Assembly: GCA_030704615.1 (NCBI GenBank)
Contig: CM060731.1
Span: 45,136,001 to 45,200,000 of the forward strand
DNA length: 64,000 nt
Direction of reading: 5' to 3'
Origin: Takakia lepidozioides
Lineage: Eukaryota; Plantae; Bryophyta
Below, piece after piece: positions 50,745-63,760 of this stretch (its first letter is position 1; each line of letters starts with the position of its first letter). A program made the position numbers and the translations under genes. The notes below the pieces were generated by a model. It saw only the letters and a program-made list of their open reading frames with translations, ran no database searches and was not told the DNA's origin.

Positions 50745-52668
50745 ATGTACTTTGGCAAGCACATCACCCGTTCGGGGGGCCCAGTATGGACCCCCATAGC
50801 GACCCCTTCCTCCACAACGAAGGGTGCACTTGCCAAGGCCCAACATCAGGTTCAAGGGCCTTTGAAAGTGGTCGTTGCTAGCCCAATGTTGTCGATGAGG
50901 GAGGAGGAGATGAGGAGGGCCAATGAAGTGGCTGAGATAACGACTCGAAGTAGTCAAGCCGAGTGAGGGCTTCTACCCCGCTATGCATTTGGGGGGGAGG
51001 AGGAGGTATGTATGGGCGGTTTGGAGCGGCCTAGCCGATCAGCGATGCCGCCCCCTCAGCCTGAGCGGTCAGCAAAGAAGGGCCTGGACTACGGGGCGCC
51101 GCCGCCGGCTATGCTCCACATCTGGAATCTACTTCCAGTGGCGCTCCGGGAGGGGATAGCGCGGGCACATCCGGCAACGAGGACTCCTGCCACATCGGGT
51201 GACACCGGGGACGAGTCGGATAAGCTTGCAAAGGTACAACTGTCGCACCTTGTTCCATGTTTTGTCCTTTCCTTTGCATGCATGATTTTCTTTGTTGTTT
51301 GTTTCTTTTTCTGAATTTGGGGGGGTTATTTGTCTTCAGTCCAGCAGCAACATGGTTGGCCTCATTGGTGCAGTCCGGTGGGGTTGCCAATGAGGGAGAA
51401 AACGTGGTATTCATGAATGACCCGAACACCAAAGATAAGAAGAAGAGGCCTCGACCTCCCGAGATCCATTCTACCATCAATGAAGGGGCTGCCGAGGAGA
51501 GAGAGAGAATGGAGAGGGAGAAGGAGAGAGAGGAAGTAGTGGGGAAGGGGAAGGAAAAGAAGAAGAAGAAGAAGAAGTCCCATGGAGAGGAAGGGGTGAG
51601 TGTGCATGCGGAGGATGGCAGTGGGGTAACAAAGGAGCAAGGGAAGAAGACTACAAAGAAGGGAGAGGGTGGGAAGAAGAACATCGCCTTGGCGATAGAG
51701 GACGTGGAGTTGGCAAAGATCGTGGTGCCACCGGTGGAGGTGAATCGCCATGGTGACCCCTGCGGTGCGTTCTCGGAGGCTATGAAGAAGCCAGCCCTCG
51801 AATTCGCAATGAGGTGGTTCCCTTTGCACATTGAGTGGGCTGATCAGCACTTTGGCGCGAAGCGGGCGTATGCCCGTGAGTTAGACCGCCAGTTTCCGGG
51901 CAATTGGAGTGACACAAAGGTGATGGAGATGGTGGGGCGAAACTTGAAGGACAGGAGGTACCGTGCCAGATAGATCATTCGGAGGGCAATGGAAAAGGGG
52001 GCCATACCAAACCACCTTATGGAATTACACGGGTTGGCAAATCATTTCACCTTCCATTTGTCGCATGTGCATTAATGAGATGGATTCGATGCAACGTATG
52101 TGTATAATTCACTAATTGTTGGGGGGGGGGGGGGGGGGGGCATAGGTATCGTGGGATGCACTCATTGCGGGAGAGAATGATGCGGCAAACAATTTGAAAT
52201 TTGAGCGGGCACACAAAGCAACAACAGTCCGCCTTGACAAGCATGAATCCACACACAAGTGGGGCGCCGGCGGATCCAAGGGTTTTATCTTGCGATTTGT
52301 AAGTCATACTTCCATATATATTTTGTTATGTCTTTTTTTTGGCTCCATCATCGTGAAGAACTGACTTTAATTTGTGGCATGTGTAGCAGCGCGTGTTTGA
52401 GAGGGAGCCATCTCCGGTAGAGTACAACTACGCCAAGGAGCATGGTTGACAATCCCTCATGAAGAACATGGCCAGCACGGAGGGGATGAGTGCACTACAA
52501 GGCACTAGTATGGATGAGGGCGGGGGTCATGGCCAGGGATTGGATGAGAGCTCTGTGGGACTTAGGGGAACGCCGCCGCCTTTAGGTGCTTTGACAAAGG
52601 GCGCGGAGTCATCAGGCTCATCGGATAGCTCTGAGTCCTCCACTGAGGATGAGGATGAGGATGACTAA
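50745..52668 (+). pseudogene. CACTA second gene (TnpA-like/accessory) remnants, Lys/Glu-rich, spliced
   Basis: Exon-like ORFs between TnpD and the right TIR, with GT-AG-like boundaries and in-frame stops. Assignment is positional. Confidence 0.45.
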
Positions 52669-54139
52669 TCCTAGTCCATGTACGTCCCAGGGTCAGCCTA
52701 CTGAACCCTTGTGAGCTTTTCAGCTCATTTCTTGTAAATATATTTCCATCTTCCATCTTATTCATCGTCCTCACCCTCGATTCATGCTTGCTCAATTGTG
52801 TACCTGCTAAATCAGAGAAATAGAAGCTGTAAGGTCTCCCATCCCCCAAAACAAAACCAGGCAAAAAACAAAAACCCCCCCCAACCCCCCCACACCAGGC
52901 TGGCCTCGCGATTGCAGGGGGTCGGAATTGGCGACATGTTTTTTGGGGGGGAGTCGCAAGCCGCGACGCCCTGGCGTCGAGGATCCCACCACCTGCCTGA
53001 GCCACGTGTTTTCATTTTTGATTGAATATAAAGAAAGCGACGCGACCCACGCCCGGGTGTCGCGGAGGCCGACTCCAACTCCTCATGTTTTATTTTTTTG
53101 CCACGCCCAACAGTCTTGCAGCGATGCACGGGCGTACCACCCGGCTTACGCCACGTGTTTTTGGTTTTTAGGATGGGACTCCCGGGCAGGTTACAAAAAA
53201 AAAGGGATGCGACGCCCGCCGTCGCCCCCACCAATGCCGTCGGTTGGAGGGCAGCGACGGCGAGTCGTCGCTCGTAAGAGGCCCTTGCCATCGGCGTGGA
53301 TGACCCGAAAAGCGACGTCCAGCAGTTGGCGGGAGTTGGGGCGGGAGCTCGTGACCCCTATACGTCGCATTTTTGCGACGTCTTTTTGGCGACGCCCATG
53401 CGACTGTCGGGTGACGGCCGGGCGTCGCAAATACGGCGCCTGCCCTGTGCCCGAAATGGGCGTTTTCTCGACGCCGCGGCGTGGCCCGGGCGTCTCAAAG
53501 GCCCCCCTTTTCCTGTAGTGCCCCAGGGTAAAGAAATTTGGTCTTACAGGTGATTGTCTACTTTTTTGTTTTGCGAAGAGGATGTTTGTGGTGTGTGGGA
53601 ACACCCGGTCCATATATATATATACATATATTACATAACAGGGGGATCTAATATTAGAGTTGAGACTTGAGACTTATATAAGTAGTGGGCAGTAGGACAA
53701 ATTGTCAAGTGTTTTGAGGTGCCCTCGATTCAATGGGGTGTTAACATATACAGAGGGAAAATTTATAGAACCAACTTCCTACCCTCCGCTTTCAAAAAAC
53801 TTCAACAAGAGGCCTAAAATGAAAGGATAGTCTGAGAAGAAGCAATATCACAACATTGATTTGAGACTTGGCATGAGTGTTTTGCTTACAGTATGGGGGT
53901 TTTGCAGATTCCAACGTACTTTTAGGGTACATTCAGGGTATGTCATATTGGTAGTAGAATGGATGCGTAAAGAGGAAGAGGGGAGGTTTAAGATTGATCG
54001 TAGTTGCAAAAGTATTACTCTGTATTGGCATAAATTCATTGAGGGTTTGGATCATTGTCTCTTACATGCATCACCACAATTGCTACAATTGTGGGTTTTC
54101 TTGTGTTTGCAAGCATTCAGAGCCACGCTTGCAATCTTT

Positions 54140-54193
54140 GCACACTTGTCTTGGGATCCTGTCATGGCACACTTGTCTTGGGATCCTGTCATG
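54140..54193 (+). repeat. 27-bp perfect tandem duplication in an AT-rich, probably TE-derived region
   Basis: GCACACTTGTCTTGGGATCCTGTCATG x2. Confidence 0.9.
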
Positions 54194-55972
54194 GCAGGAA
54201 CGCCGAAAACCCAACCAACTTACAAATACCCAATTTGACATTTGTGTTTGTCTTGTGTCTTGACGTCTTAAGCCTATTCAAATCTTGCAAACGTTTTGGG
54301 CCTCCGACGAAATTGAAAAGTAAAAGGTTAGTTATTTTTGTTTCGCAATCCGTAAAATCTAAATTTATTAGTCTATCCAATCCTTGGGCCTCAAGAAATA
54401 TCATAACTCATTTTCATGACATCAAATTATCTTTACAATCTTAAATTAGTCTTTGATTGGCTCACAATTTAGATGAATCTACCATGGTCCCCAGAAAAGA
54501 TACTCCAAAGCCCTTGTGTCCCATGTTCATTTAAAAAAGAACCTCGAAAGGCACACAATAGATTTTTGGGTTGTCGTCGTTGTCGACTTGTCAAGCCAAA
54601 TAAAAGAATATATGGAGATTTTTTTTCAATCTCTTGGGCTTTTCTCCATATAATAATTTGTTTTATTGGCGTAGGATTATTATTATTATTATTATTAGAT
54701 CATTTTTATCTCTTCTTTGACATACCTTAAATTTAAAATAAGTGATGTCGGGTTTTTTTTTCCACATCAAACAAATGGTATGTCTGTCAATATTCTGCAC
54801 TGGCGGCTTCAACAAAAGGATCCCTTTGGGAATTCATTCGTCTTGAATTCGTCAAACTGGGGTTTGAAAAAAGAGAAAGGATACAACCCATTTTTTAATT
54901 TGTTTTTCAAAAGAAACCTGGAGTGACATAATTTAGGCAGAGGAAGGGTGAAAATTAACCCCCTTTCATATAAGCCACTATGAAGCATACAGGGAGACAC
55001 CACAACCAGACCGACCGGCCATGGACCAATGAAAAAAATCAGGTTTGTCTTTTTTTTGTTTTCTGGAGGTTTGATCGATGCCATAAAACAAAAGAACTAC
55101 TGTTTTTAAATTAAAAACATTTTAAACGTTTGTTAACCAGAAAAAACTAATTCATAGGATGAAAATGAGCCTTGTGCATAGAAAACAAGAATGCTGGAAG
55201 GGTTTACTCTCCCTTCATCGGTCGGAGGGTTGCAAGGAAATTCGAGGGTTTTGTTCGCCAATATCACTGAAATCGGTGTGTGTGCCTTATGGTGTACCGG
55301 GCTTTTAATTTTTTTTCCCCTCAATAATTCTAATAAAGTTTAATGTGATCAGGGCCACAGTCCCCTGTTAATTGCTTTAAAAAAAAACAAGAATTTCAAA
55401 TGCCTTCGGGCATGTAAGGGTTTAATTTTTTCCCTTCAAATAATTCCAAATAAAGTGCTCACGGCCTCTGTCCCCTGTTCTCTAAAAACGAAAAAAAAAA
55501 CAAATTCCAAATAAAGTCTCTCCTTGGGCCTGTGTCCATTTCTAAATTTGTGAGCTAAATATCTTGGGATTTTGCAAGGGAGCCTGAATAGAGTAGGATG
55601 AGCATGAAGTGGACGAATGTCGTCAAGTAGACGATTGGATGAATGAAACGAGGATAAAATCACAGTACAGTTAACGGGCAAGTCTCCCAGGATCGCACGT
55701 GTGGGGGAGGGCAGGTGCGAGACGACTGCAGCGACCTACTCTGACGCGTGAGCATTCAATGTGGCCACACTGTGGAGACCTACGTGTTGGCCATGGACAC
55801 TGCAGCTGCTATATGATGCACTGGCTGTGTTCAATCTACTCAGGATCCATTGCTGCTCTCGTGACCGTGATTTGTTGGAGAACTCTGGCAGGTGATACTG
55901 TGGGTTTTGTTTGAGTGCGTGTGTTGGATTACAGTGGGCGAGGAGAGTGTAACTTAGCTGGAGAGAGGACGG

Positions 55973-56626
55973 ATGGGAGAGATGAAGCAGCAGGAGCACA
56001 GAGTAACGATGAGCCCGGGCGGGAGCACCGAGGTGAAGCCGCAGGTGCCGATTCACAGGAGAAGGAAATGCAGGATTTGTTGTGGGGTTTCGGTGGTGGT
56101 GGTTTTGGCGTTGGTCATCGTGATTGTGGCGTTGAGCCAAACTATTTTCAAGTTCAAAGACCCCAATATTACTTTGAATTCTGTCAAGGTGGAAAACCTG
56201 AATATTGGCCTCAACATTCTCCAGCTCTCAGCTGTTCTGAACATAACACTCGGCGTCGATGTGGAAGTTCAAAATCCTAATCATTATAGTTTCAAGTTCG
56301 AGAACACCACCATGCTGATGACTTATCATAGCGGGACTATTGGAGATATCGGCTTGGGGGCTGGTGAGATAAGAGCAGAAAAGTCTGTGAATCTGCCTGC
56401 ACGCATTACTGTGGAAGCCTTGAACATTGTAGAGAATAGTAATGTGATCCCCGATGTAACGTCTGGCGTCTTTCCTGTGTCTATCACCGCCACAATCCCT
56501 GGGCGTGTGAACCTGGCAAATATATACAAGCATCATGTCATTGTGACGATCGACTGCGCTCTTGAGCTCTGGATCGGCAATCAGACTGTGAAAGACCAGG
56601 TGTGCTCCAAGCATGTCAAGCTGTGA
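55973..56626 (+). CDS. LEA_2 / NDR1-HIN1-like type II membrane protein, single exon
   Basis: RRRKCRICC, then a transmembrane helix, FKFKDP, V.NPN..SFKF..T..Y, G..IG and C-terminal Cys: typical LEA_2/NHL layout. Confidence 0.92.
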   Translation: MGEMKQQEHRVTMSPGGSTEVKPQVPIHRRRKCRICCGVSVVVVLALVIVIVALSQTIFKFKDPNITLNSVKVENLNIGLNILQLSAVLNITLGVDVEVQNPNHYSFKFENTTMLMTYHSGTIGDIGLGAGEIRAEKSVNLPARITVEALNIVENSNVIPDVTSGVFPVSITATIPGRVNLANIYKHHVIVTIDCALELWIGNQTVKDQVCSKHVKL

Positions 56627-59600
56627 TTGCGAAGACTCAGTTCCTCGGATACTTTCTTCGATGTGGTTTCAGGCTCCGTGGTGATAGAAGGACATTGGCA
56701 TGATAATCTTCGGGGGAGGGAAGGACGTGACGCCAGCAAGTTTGGACCTCGTTATCGGAGGCTGAAGAGCTTCTTCCATCTGTACTTATATGCTTAGACC
56801 TGGTCACACTTTGAGAAATCTCATCTTAGCAGGTCTGTGTCCTCATTTCATGCGATTGAGCTGAATTGCTTAACAACATAACTTAGGAAGCCCTTCATCC
56901 ATAGTTGGGAAGCCAGATCGAAGTGATATGCTTCCCTTGGAGGATCATTCAAAGTAGCATCAGGGAATGCAACTGAAGATTACAAATTTGTTTGGCCTTA
57001 GGTGCTGTACACTACTGTGGAAACATTGGTTTTGTATCTCCGCGTTGAATGGAGAACACTGAACATCGGTTTAACCAGCTCAAAGTATTGTGTGAATGGA
57101 GGTGTGAAGGAGAGAGTTTCATTTCCTGTGTAGCAAGTAAGATCACTGTGGATTTGAGATGGAGTGATCTGTTAATGACTGAATGGCAGCAGGAAAATGG
57201 CATTCAAATGAATAGAGGTAACATGTAAAAAGACTAATGTAATATCATGTCTGAGTCAAATTGTTCTGTGGATTGTGAACATGATTCTATTCATGCTGGT
57301 TTAATGGCAGATTTTCAGACCGTTAGTCTATGACAACTTTGTACACTACTATTTCACCTCCCCTTCACTTCTTCAAGTGGAGTACTGTGGACAATGTCGT
57401 CAATCTCAGAACTCAGTGTGTCGAACATCGTGCTGTTGTCACTCCCGTAACCATCATCATCCATTGCTGGCCCTTTATCTTTCTGGTTAGTATTCTGCTG
57501 TCAAGGTCAGACAGTTTGTGTTCGAGAGTGCCGTGCAAATTGAAGGTTCATCAAACAAAGCTCAGGACAATGGCATATTTTTTTTTGGTAAACTTTCTAT
57601 GGCGTGTCTCATACCTTCCATCAGATTTAGTCAATCTACTTCCATGATTTTCTTTCCATGTACTCAGGATCAGCATCTGAAAGTTTTGATGTAAATTCCT
57701 GACCCCTACTCCACTGTAATTATTAAATTAGACTTCATATCTATGTTGGATTGAGCTTTCTCATCTTCAAGGGGAAACCCCCTGTTGGCACATCTCACGG
57801 TTTATTGCACTCACTTAAAGCTGGAGACACTAGGTTGTCTTGATCAATGGAAAAGGGTTGGTTGATAAATATTTTGCACCCCAAGCCCAGCACAGATGGC
57901 CATCAAATCCGGGTTCCTCCCACGCAAACATCAGATAAGATTCCACACATCCCTACAGAGCATTCTCTTGGAGTACCAGAAAGTAGTGCTCTCATCACTT
58001 ATCTATTTATCTCAAAATATGTTGCTACTCCCAACATACAGACAGTAAAGGATAATTCATTATGTGTGAGAACAGTGTGGAGGATATAAGGGCCTGAGCT
58101 TGTGAGGTGGGATGTCCTTGCGATGCGGATGTGTAATGCCAGGCCAGCTGACCTTCCGTGGCCTCACATTTTGTGGCTCCGTCTCAGTTAGTTAGAAGGG
58201 CGATACGGGTGGAGGTTGCTGGAGCCCACTTTATGCCCGGGGCCTACTTGGCGCTTTGAGCTCTTAACTGGAGGACTAGATTTGTGAGGCAGGTTCTCTT
58301 TGGGGTATTCATGATTCATCACAGCCAGATCCAATGGCATTTAGCTCTCACAAAACTTCTCCGTGCTTCAATAGCAACTCCTACATTTGCAGCGATTCTG
58401 ATAATCACGACAGCATGGACACTTACAGCTCTCACTCTTCAGCAGAACATCCCCTCTTTCACACGGATAGTGCTCAGTGCACCAGCTACTGAGCTACAAC
58501 CCTCAGTTCTAAGAGATGATAAGTACTTCTCCCTCACAAGGAACAAACCATTTCATGTTTCTCTCTTGTGTTGTTCTAATTCGTCTGTCCCCCTTCTTCT
58601 CTCTCTTTGATGCCACTAAGTAGTTTCCATCCATTTGGGTATGTTGGGGCCTTTGGATGTAGAAGTTGTTCTTTGTTTAGTACAAACAATCTCACAGTCG
58701 TGTGCAGCCAAGTAAAGTTTAGAAATGGGATGTCATTAGCTGTACGAGAGCTACTTTACTGACAGTCACTCAACCTGGAGGGGTTGTACCCCCCATGGCT
58801 GCAAGGCTACAGCATGTGTGTAATGGCAAAGCACTACACACATGAATACACTCTTGAAAGCAAGTCTACTGAAAGTTGCAGTATTCGTGAGCACTTAGAC
58901 AAGTTTTCCGTATTGTGAACTTCTCATCACAATTAGTTGTTTGTGAACTTCCATTTTAAAGCAAATTGATGTAGTGAAGCTGTGGGAACTTACCTCTACC
59001 TTTTGAACCACCGGATGAGGATGCCTCTGGGTGTTTGTCGCTCTGAGCAACTTTGCCAGTTCTGACATTGCATACAATCAAACCTAGTATTCTCAAAAGG
59101 CCTGATGAGGATTTCCTTCAACATGATTTCCTTGACTGTTGTGACAATTGAAACAGGTCATATAATTTGCACTGGTACTTGGTGTTCTTTCAGAGCTTTT
59201 CAGAACCAACAGTGTTGTCAACGTCAAAACATGGTCGTAAAATTTGCACTGGGGCAGTCTTTTATTATTGGTCTACATCCAAACCACAAATCAGCTCTTA
59301 CCTGCGGAGGGAGCTGGGAAGGGGCGCATCATCATCGCTGTCCCAAATTCCCAAACCCAACTCCTCTTCACTTCCATCCTCGTCACTGTTCTCTGCCACA
59401 ATCAGCTCCCCTCTTGATGGAGGACTGTTCTTTCTTCTCCCCTTCATCAGCCTCTCCCTGGACTTATTCGAAAAATCCTTCGAGACGGTGTGTACATGCC
59501 TGTCTTGTGGAGGCTCAGACCTCTGGTCACCTCTAGGCTTTTTGGGTGAGCCTGCATGCTGACCCCCTTGCAACCTTTCATGTCTCCAAGCCCCCTCGCT

Positions 59601-60395
59601 ATCACTTCCACTACTACTCCCACTGCTATCCCCACCGACCCGACCACTAATTTTGCTACCTATGTGACCTCTATCATTACAGGTCCGTGGACTGCGATAC
59701 CTCTGGAGATGCTTCTCAGCAGGGCTATTGGAGCGGTGGCTCTGATTGGACCGGCAGGTCCTGCTTGAACTCTGGCTATGCCCACTCTGTAAAGAACAAG
59801 AATGGTTGCAAGATTAGGGAAGTAATCTCCGAGACTACTTATGGAGTTCCAGACTGACCTTTTCCAAAGTTTACCTCAGCCTTGCTTTGCAAATGAATGT
59901 CCAGAGTCAAGCACTTTGTCATAGAGTTCAGCCAGGTAGCTGGAGTTTGTACAGACCTCATTGCCATCACTATCTTCAGGTGTAGTTATGGCGTCCTTGT
60001 GCCCAGACAAGGAGTCACTAACCACATCAACTTGGGGTTCATTCGAATTTGACTCGGTAGTTCCTGTATGCAAAGCACCCTACATGCCCAGTGTTGAGCC
60101 CAAAGAGTCAGAGCAGATAAGAGTAGAAACCTCAATGACCCACTCACGCCCCTAGTTCCTATCTTTGAGCTTCCCCAGGAAGTGAAGCAAGATCCCTCTA
60201 CTCCTTATCTTGACCGATTGCACTCGGATGAGATCCATGTTTAACTGTGTGATTGGCTGCATTAGCCCATGGATTGTCTCTAGGTGAAGTTTTAGTTCTT
60301 GTCAAACCTGCAGGCAGTCCGCATGGTAGGCAATCAATGCACCATAACTACACAAGACAGAGAAGAGAATGTACTCATGAGACCTTGCTTGCCAA

Positions 60396-61460
60396 AGAGA
60401 GAGAAGGGAGAGAGAGAGATTGTACTCATAAGACGTTGTTTGCCGTAGCCTTGTGGCCATTGACCCCGCGCCCAGTTTGAGCGGGAACAAAAGGGACAGA
60501 ACCTACCTCTGTCAGGGGCTGACGTTGGTAGTAAGACTTACCTCCATATATAGAATTAATCCAGGTTTTCCAGATATCCTCTAGAAATCCCTTCACACAA
60601 GCATCAATCTGCTGTGTGTGATTTGCCCAAAAACTAGGCCTCAGGAGGGCCTGGGCTTTTGGCTCAGCCTCGAGACTTTCAAAGTTGGTAAACAGGGGTA
60701 CAGGCACTCTTCCCTTAATAGATTTGAAGAGAGCGTCTCTTTGGTGAGAGAACCCCGGACAGTATATCAGAAAATGAATACTGTCTTCAGATTGCCCACA
60801 CAACGGGCAATTGCACTCTCCCTTTCCTCTCTGCTTCTGTTTGCTGTTCAAAGGTAGGCTTCCTGCCCTGAGTTTAAATTTCAGTCTAGTGCCGAGAGTG
60901 GGTAGACCCTTGAGGTCATCCAAGATGTCCTCCCCCATGTCACAGACTGGAAACAAGTTCAGGGAAGTTTTCTGCCTAACTTCATTTTCATCAGACAATC
61001 TCATGGCAACAGACATGGCTGAGGACACTACAGCCTCTAAGTCAGATTTATCCAGCAGGGTCAAGACTTGCGGATCCAGGTCCAGGTCCTTGAGGATCTC
61101 TTCTACTCTCTTCTGCCAGGACTTAGCCTGTTTGACAGGGCGGTCCTGTTTCCAAGATATAGAGTCGATTAACTTGGGATATCTGGTGTTGGGCATATGT
61201 TGCAGCTGACCCCACCATCTGACCTTGAATTCATCTCGTCGGGAGCTTAAGGACGGAATGCCAAACTCACCCCGAACAGCCACATTGGCTGTTTTGGAGC
61301 ATGCTGACATACACTCCTTAAGCACCCCCACTTGAATGGATTCTAGAGACTTAGCCTGGTTGGAGTTATCAACCCATATAGCAGATCCGTACTCCAAGGC
61401 AGGTCTAATAACGTGACAAAGCATGGTTTTCTTAACCTCAGAGTTGACCCCTCTGCAGTG
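60396..61460 (-). mobile_element. RTE-X-like LINE family A, 5'-truncated, (CT)n tail
   Basis: ORF 60426-61424: RPALEYGSAIW..LESIQ..TANVAVRGEFG..RYPK (post-RT thumb region), then LKFKLRAGSLPLN..CPLCG..EDSIHFLIYCP (CCHC domain). 3' end TTATGAGTACAAT(CT)n. Confidence 0.85.
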
Positions 61461-61476
61461 GAAAAATTTAGGGATA

Positions 61477-61573
61477 GAGAGAGAGAGAGAGAGAGATTGT
61501 ACTCATAAGACATTGTTTGCCGTAGCCTTGTGGCCATTGACCCCGCGCCCAGTTTGAGCGGGAACAAAAGGGA
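61477..61573 (-). mobile_element. Very short RTE-X family A copy flanked by AGGGATA(GA)n duplication
   Basis: ~75 nt nearly identical to 60419-60495; AGGGATAGAGAGAG on both sides. Confidence 0.85.
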
Positions 61574-61595
61574 TAGAGAGAGAGAGAGAGAGAGA

Positions 61596-62200
61596 GAAAT
61601 GAAATGAAATGAAATGGTGCTTTATAACGTCCGCGGAAAGCTCGTAGAGCTTATGGGACAAAATGGAAGAAAACATGAGAGAGGAACAAATCCAGAAACC
61701 ACAATTAATGTTCTAGCGATTGTCTAAGGGTGAAGGCCTCGTGTAGGTAGGCTGCCACGCATTTTTGATCCTCATAGTGAAAGACATCAGTGAGAGTTTG
61801 GGTTCCACTGAATAAACAGTGAAATCTCCCACGGATCTCGTAGTATAGAGGGCAGTAGAAGAAGAAGTGTTCTTCAGTTTCAATTTCCTTGCTGCGCCCT
61901 ATGCAAGCTGGACATAGGCGGTCCTCCCGTTGCAGGTTTTCCCATCTGCCAGTCTCTATCCGTAGGTTGTGGGAACCCACCCTGAACCGCCCCAATGCCC
62001 TCAAGAGGGAAGGAGATAAGGGTGCTGAAAGGTAATTTGGTCTCAAGATTCCATCATCGCGGAGCACCAAGAATGTCTCTCGATAGAAGTGGAGCTTTGT
62101 CGTGAGATTGGGTAGCATCCAAGTTCTCTTGACATGTAATTCCATAAGCTCTCTCCGAATGAGTCTGTTGCGGTCATGTCTAGATGTGATGTCCACATCC
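61596..62200 (-). mobile_element. RTE-X LINE family B, 5'-truncated, (ATTTC)n tail
   Basis: ORF 61705-62196: RFRVGSHNLRIETGRW..REDRLCPAC..IETEEHFFFYCPLYYEIR, the characteristic RTE-X C-terminal domain. Confidence 0.88.
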
Positions 62201-62213
62201 AGAGAGAAAGAGA

Positions 62214-63760
62214 GAAATGAAATGAAATGAAATGGTGCTTTATAACGTCCGCGGAAAGCTCATAGAGCTTATGCCACAACATGGAAGAAAACATGAGAGA
62301 GGAAACAAAACCAAAGCGAAGAATAAGAACTATTGTTCGAGTGATTGTCTAAGGGTGAAGGCCTCGTGCAGGTATGCTGCCAAGCATTTCTGATCCTCAT
62401 AGTGGAAGAGAGAACTGATAGGACAGGAACTTCCTAATGTCCTGGGGGGCCAGAAAGATAGAAAGAAGAAGTTCATAACGTACCGAGGGCCATGAGGGCC
62501 TATAGGACAAAGTAGACCAAGAAGTAACCAATTTAGAAACAGCTAAACAATGCCTGAAGACTGGTTTCTAGAGGTAAGCTACAATACATTTTGGGCCAAG
62601 GTCTCTGCAAAAGCCTCGGAATCTCTAAACACAACAACAAATGCTCATGCCTTTGAAGACTTGAACAGTTCAGGACTAATCACTCAAGATGTGGCTCTGA
62701 GAGAGAGATATGGTGGTGAAGCAGGTCCCACCTGAGTTGAACCCATGCCCATTGAGCGCTGCTTTTGCAACGCTGAACGTGCAGATGCATATGCTTTATC
62801 ACTGCATTCCATCACAATCATATCATGGTTTCCCCTCATGATGCAGTGCACATGTAAGAGAGTCTCTGAAGTGGATAAATCGATGTCTTAAATCCATAGC
62901 TTCATGGTACAAGGATCACATGAGAACCTGGAGATGAGTTGAGAATGTGAAGCAGGAATCCATCATAACAGGGATACCCCGACATGGATGCGGAGAATAA
63001 AGTGGTACCTAATGCCATTTGAATCTGGCACAATTCCAAACTTCTCAAGCTCCTCAAGCAACTGCTCATCCAAGTTCTACAGAAAACGGTCATAACTAAC
63101 ACAACTTCAGTACTCGAGAGAATATAGACACATTTCAAGAAGGAAAACATGCCCTTCCCAGCCTTCAAGGAAATCAAGAGAGAGACAGAGAATGTAGTCA
63201 TTGACCTCTACTTGCTGTATAGCATATAGCCCTCACCAGGTTCAGACATGATCAAAAGGTTGTGGGGATGGGTGCTGAGAGGAAAGACGCTATGATAATG
63301 GACTTCAAATTGCTGCATACTGAATCCAGTTGTGGTTGTGGTGTTGGCTTTAAAAGGTGCAAAGGAAATGAAATGAAATGGTACTTTATAACGTCCGTGG
63401 AAAGCTCAAAGAGCTTATGGGACAAAATGGGAAAAACAAGAGAGAGGAGACAACACCAAAGCCAAAAAGCAGCCCAAAAGCAACTACTGCTGAAGGGATT
63501 GCCTAAGGGTCAAGGCCTCGTGCAGGTAAGCTGCACGAGAAGAAAGGAAATGAAATGAAATGAAATGGAAGAAAGGAAGCATGAGAAGAAAGGAAGAAAT
63601 GGAATGGTACTCATAACGTCCGCGGGAAGCTCAAAGGAAAGGGGATGCAAGACAGAAGACTTCACCACATCCACAGGGGGCCTAGGGACAGAGACACGGA
63701 CCGTAACACAGAGACATAGACAAAAGGATCTGGAGAGGATAGAAGATAACAAGAAAAGAG
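62214..63760 (-). mobile_element. Three further short RTE-X family B 3' fragments (~62214-62410, ~63364-63540, ~63547-63760)
   Basis: Each starts on + with (GAAAT)n-GGT(G/A)CT(T/C)(T)ATAACGTCCG(C/T)GG(A/G)AAGCTC. The first two also share TAAGGGT.AAGGCCTCGTG with the 61596 copy. Confidence 0.8.

Larger units (their letters stand above)
47014..53520 (+). mobile_element. CACTA (En/Spm) transposon, left end truncated
   Basis: TnpD domains (see next feature). Right TIR ...TTTTCCTGTAGTG at 53520 (CACTACAGGAAAA on -). Dense GCGACGCC/GGCGTCGC subterminal repeats at ~52960-53500. Confidence 0.9.

Noticed and set aside
51143-51165. miR390-like string (GCTCCGGGAGGGGATAGCGC)
   Set aside because: Several mismatches, no precursor hairpin, and located inside CACTA coding remnants.
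52562-53613. Multiple long GC-rich ORFs on both strands
   Set aside because: They overlap CACTA subterminal repeats; stop-poor because of GC content.
57780-60250. Possible degraded LTR retroelement (TGTTGG..CCAACA at 57783-58036; low-complexity ORFs)
   Set aside because: No TSD, PBS/PPT pair, or Gag/RT/integrase motif could be confirmed.
62540-63260. Exon-like sequence between RTE-X copies
   Set aside because: Contains in-frame stops and no recognisable family; left unassigned.
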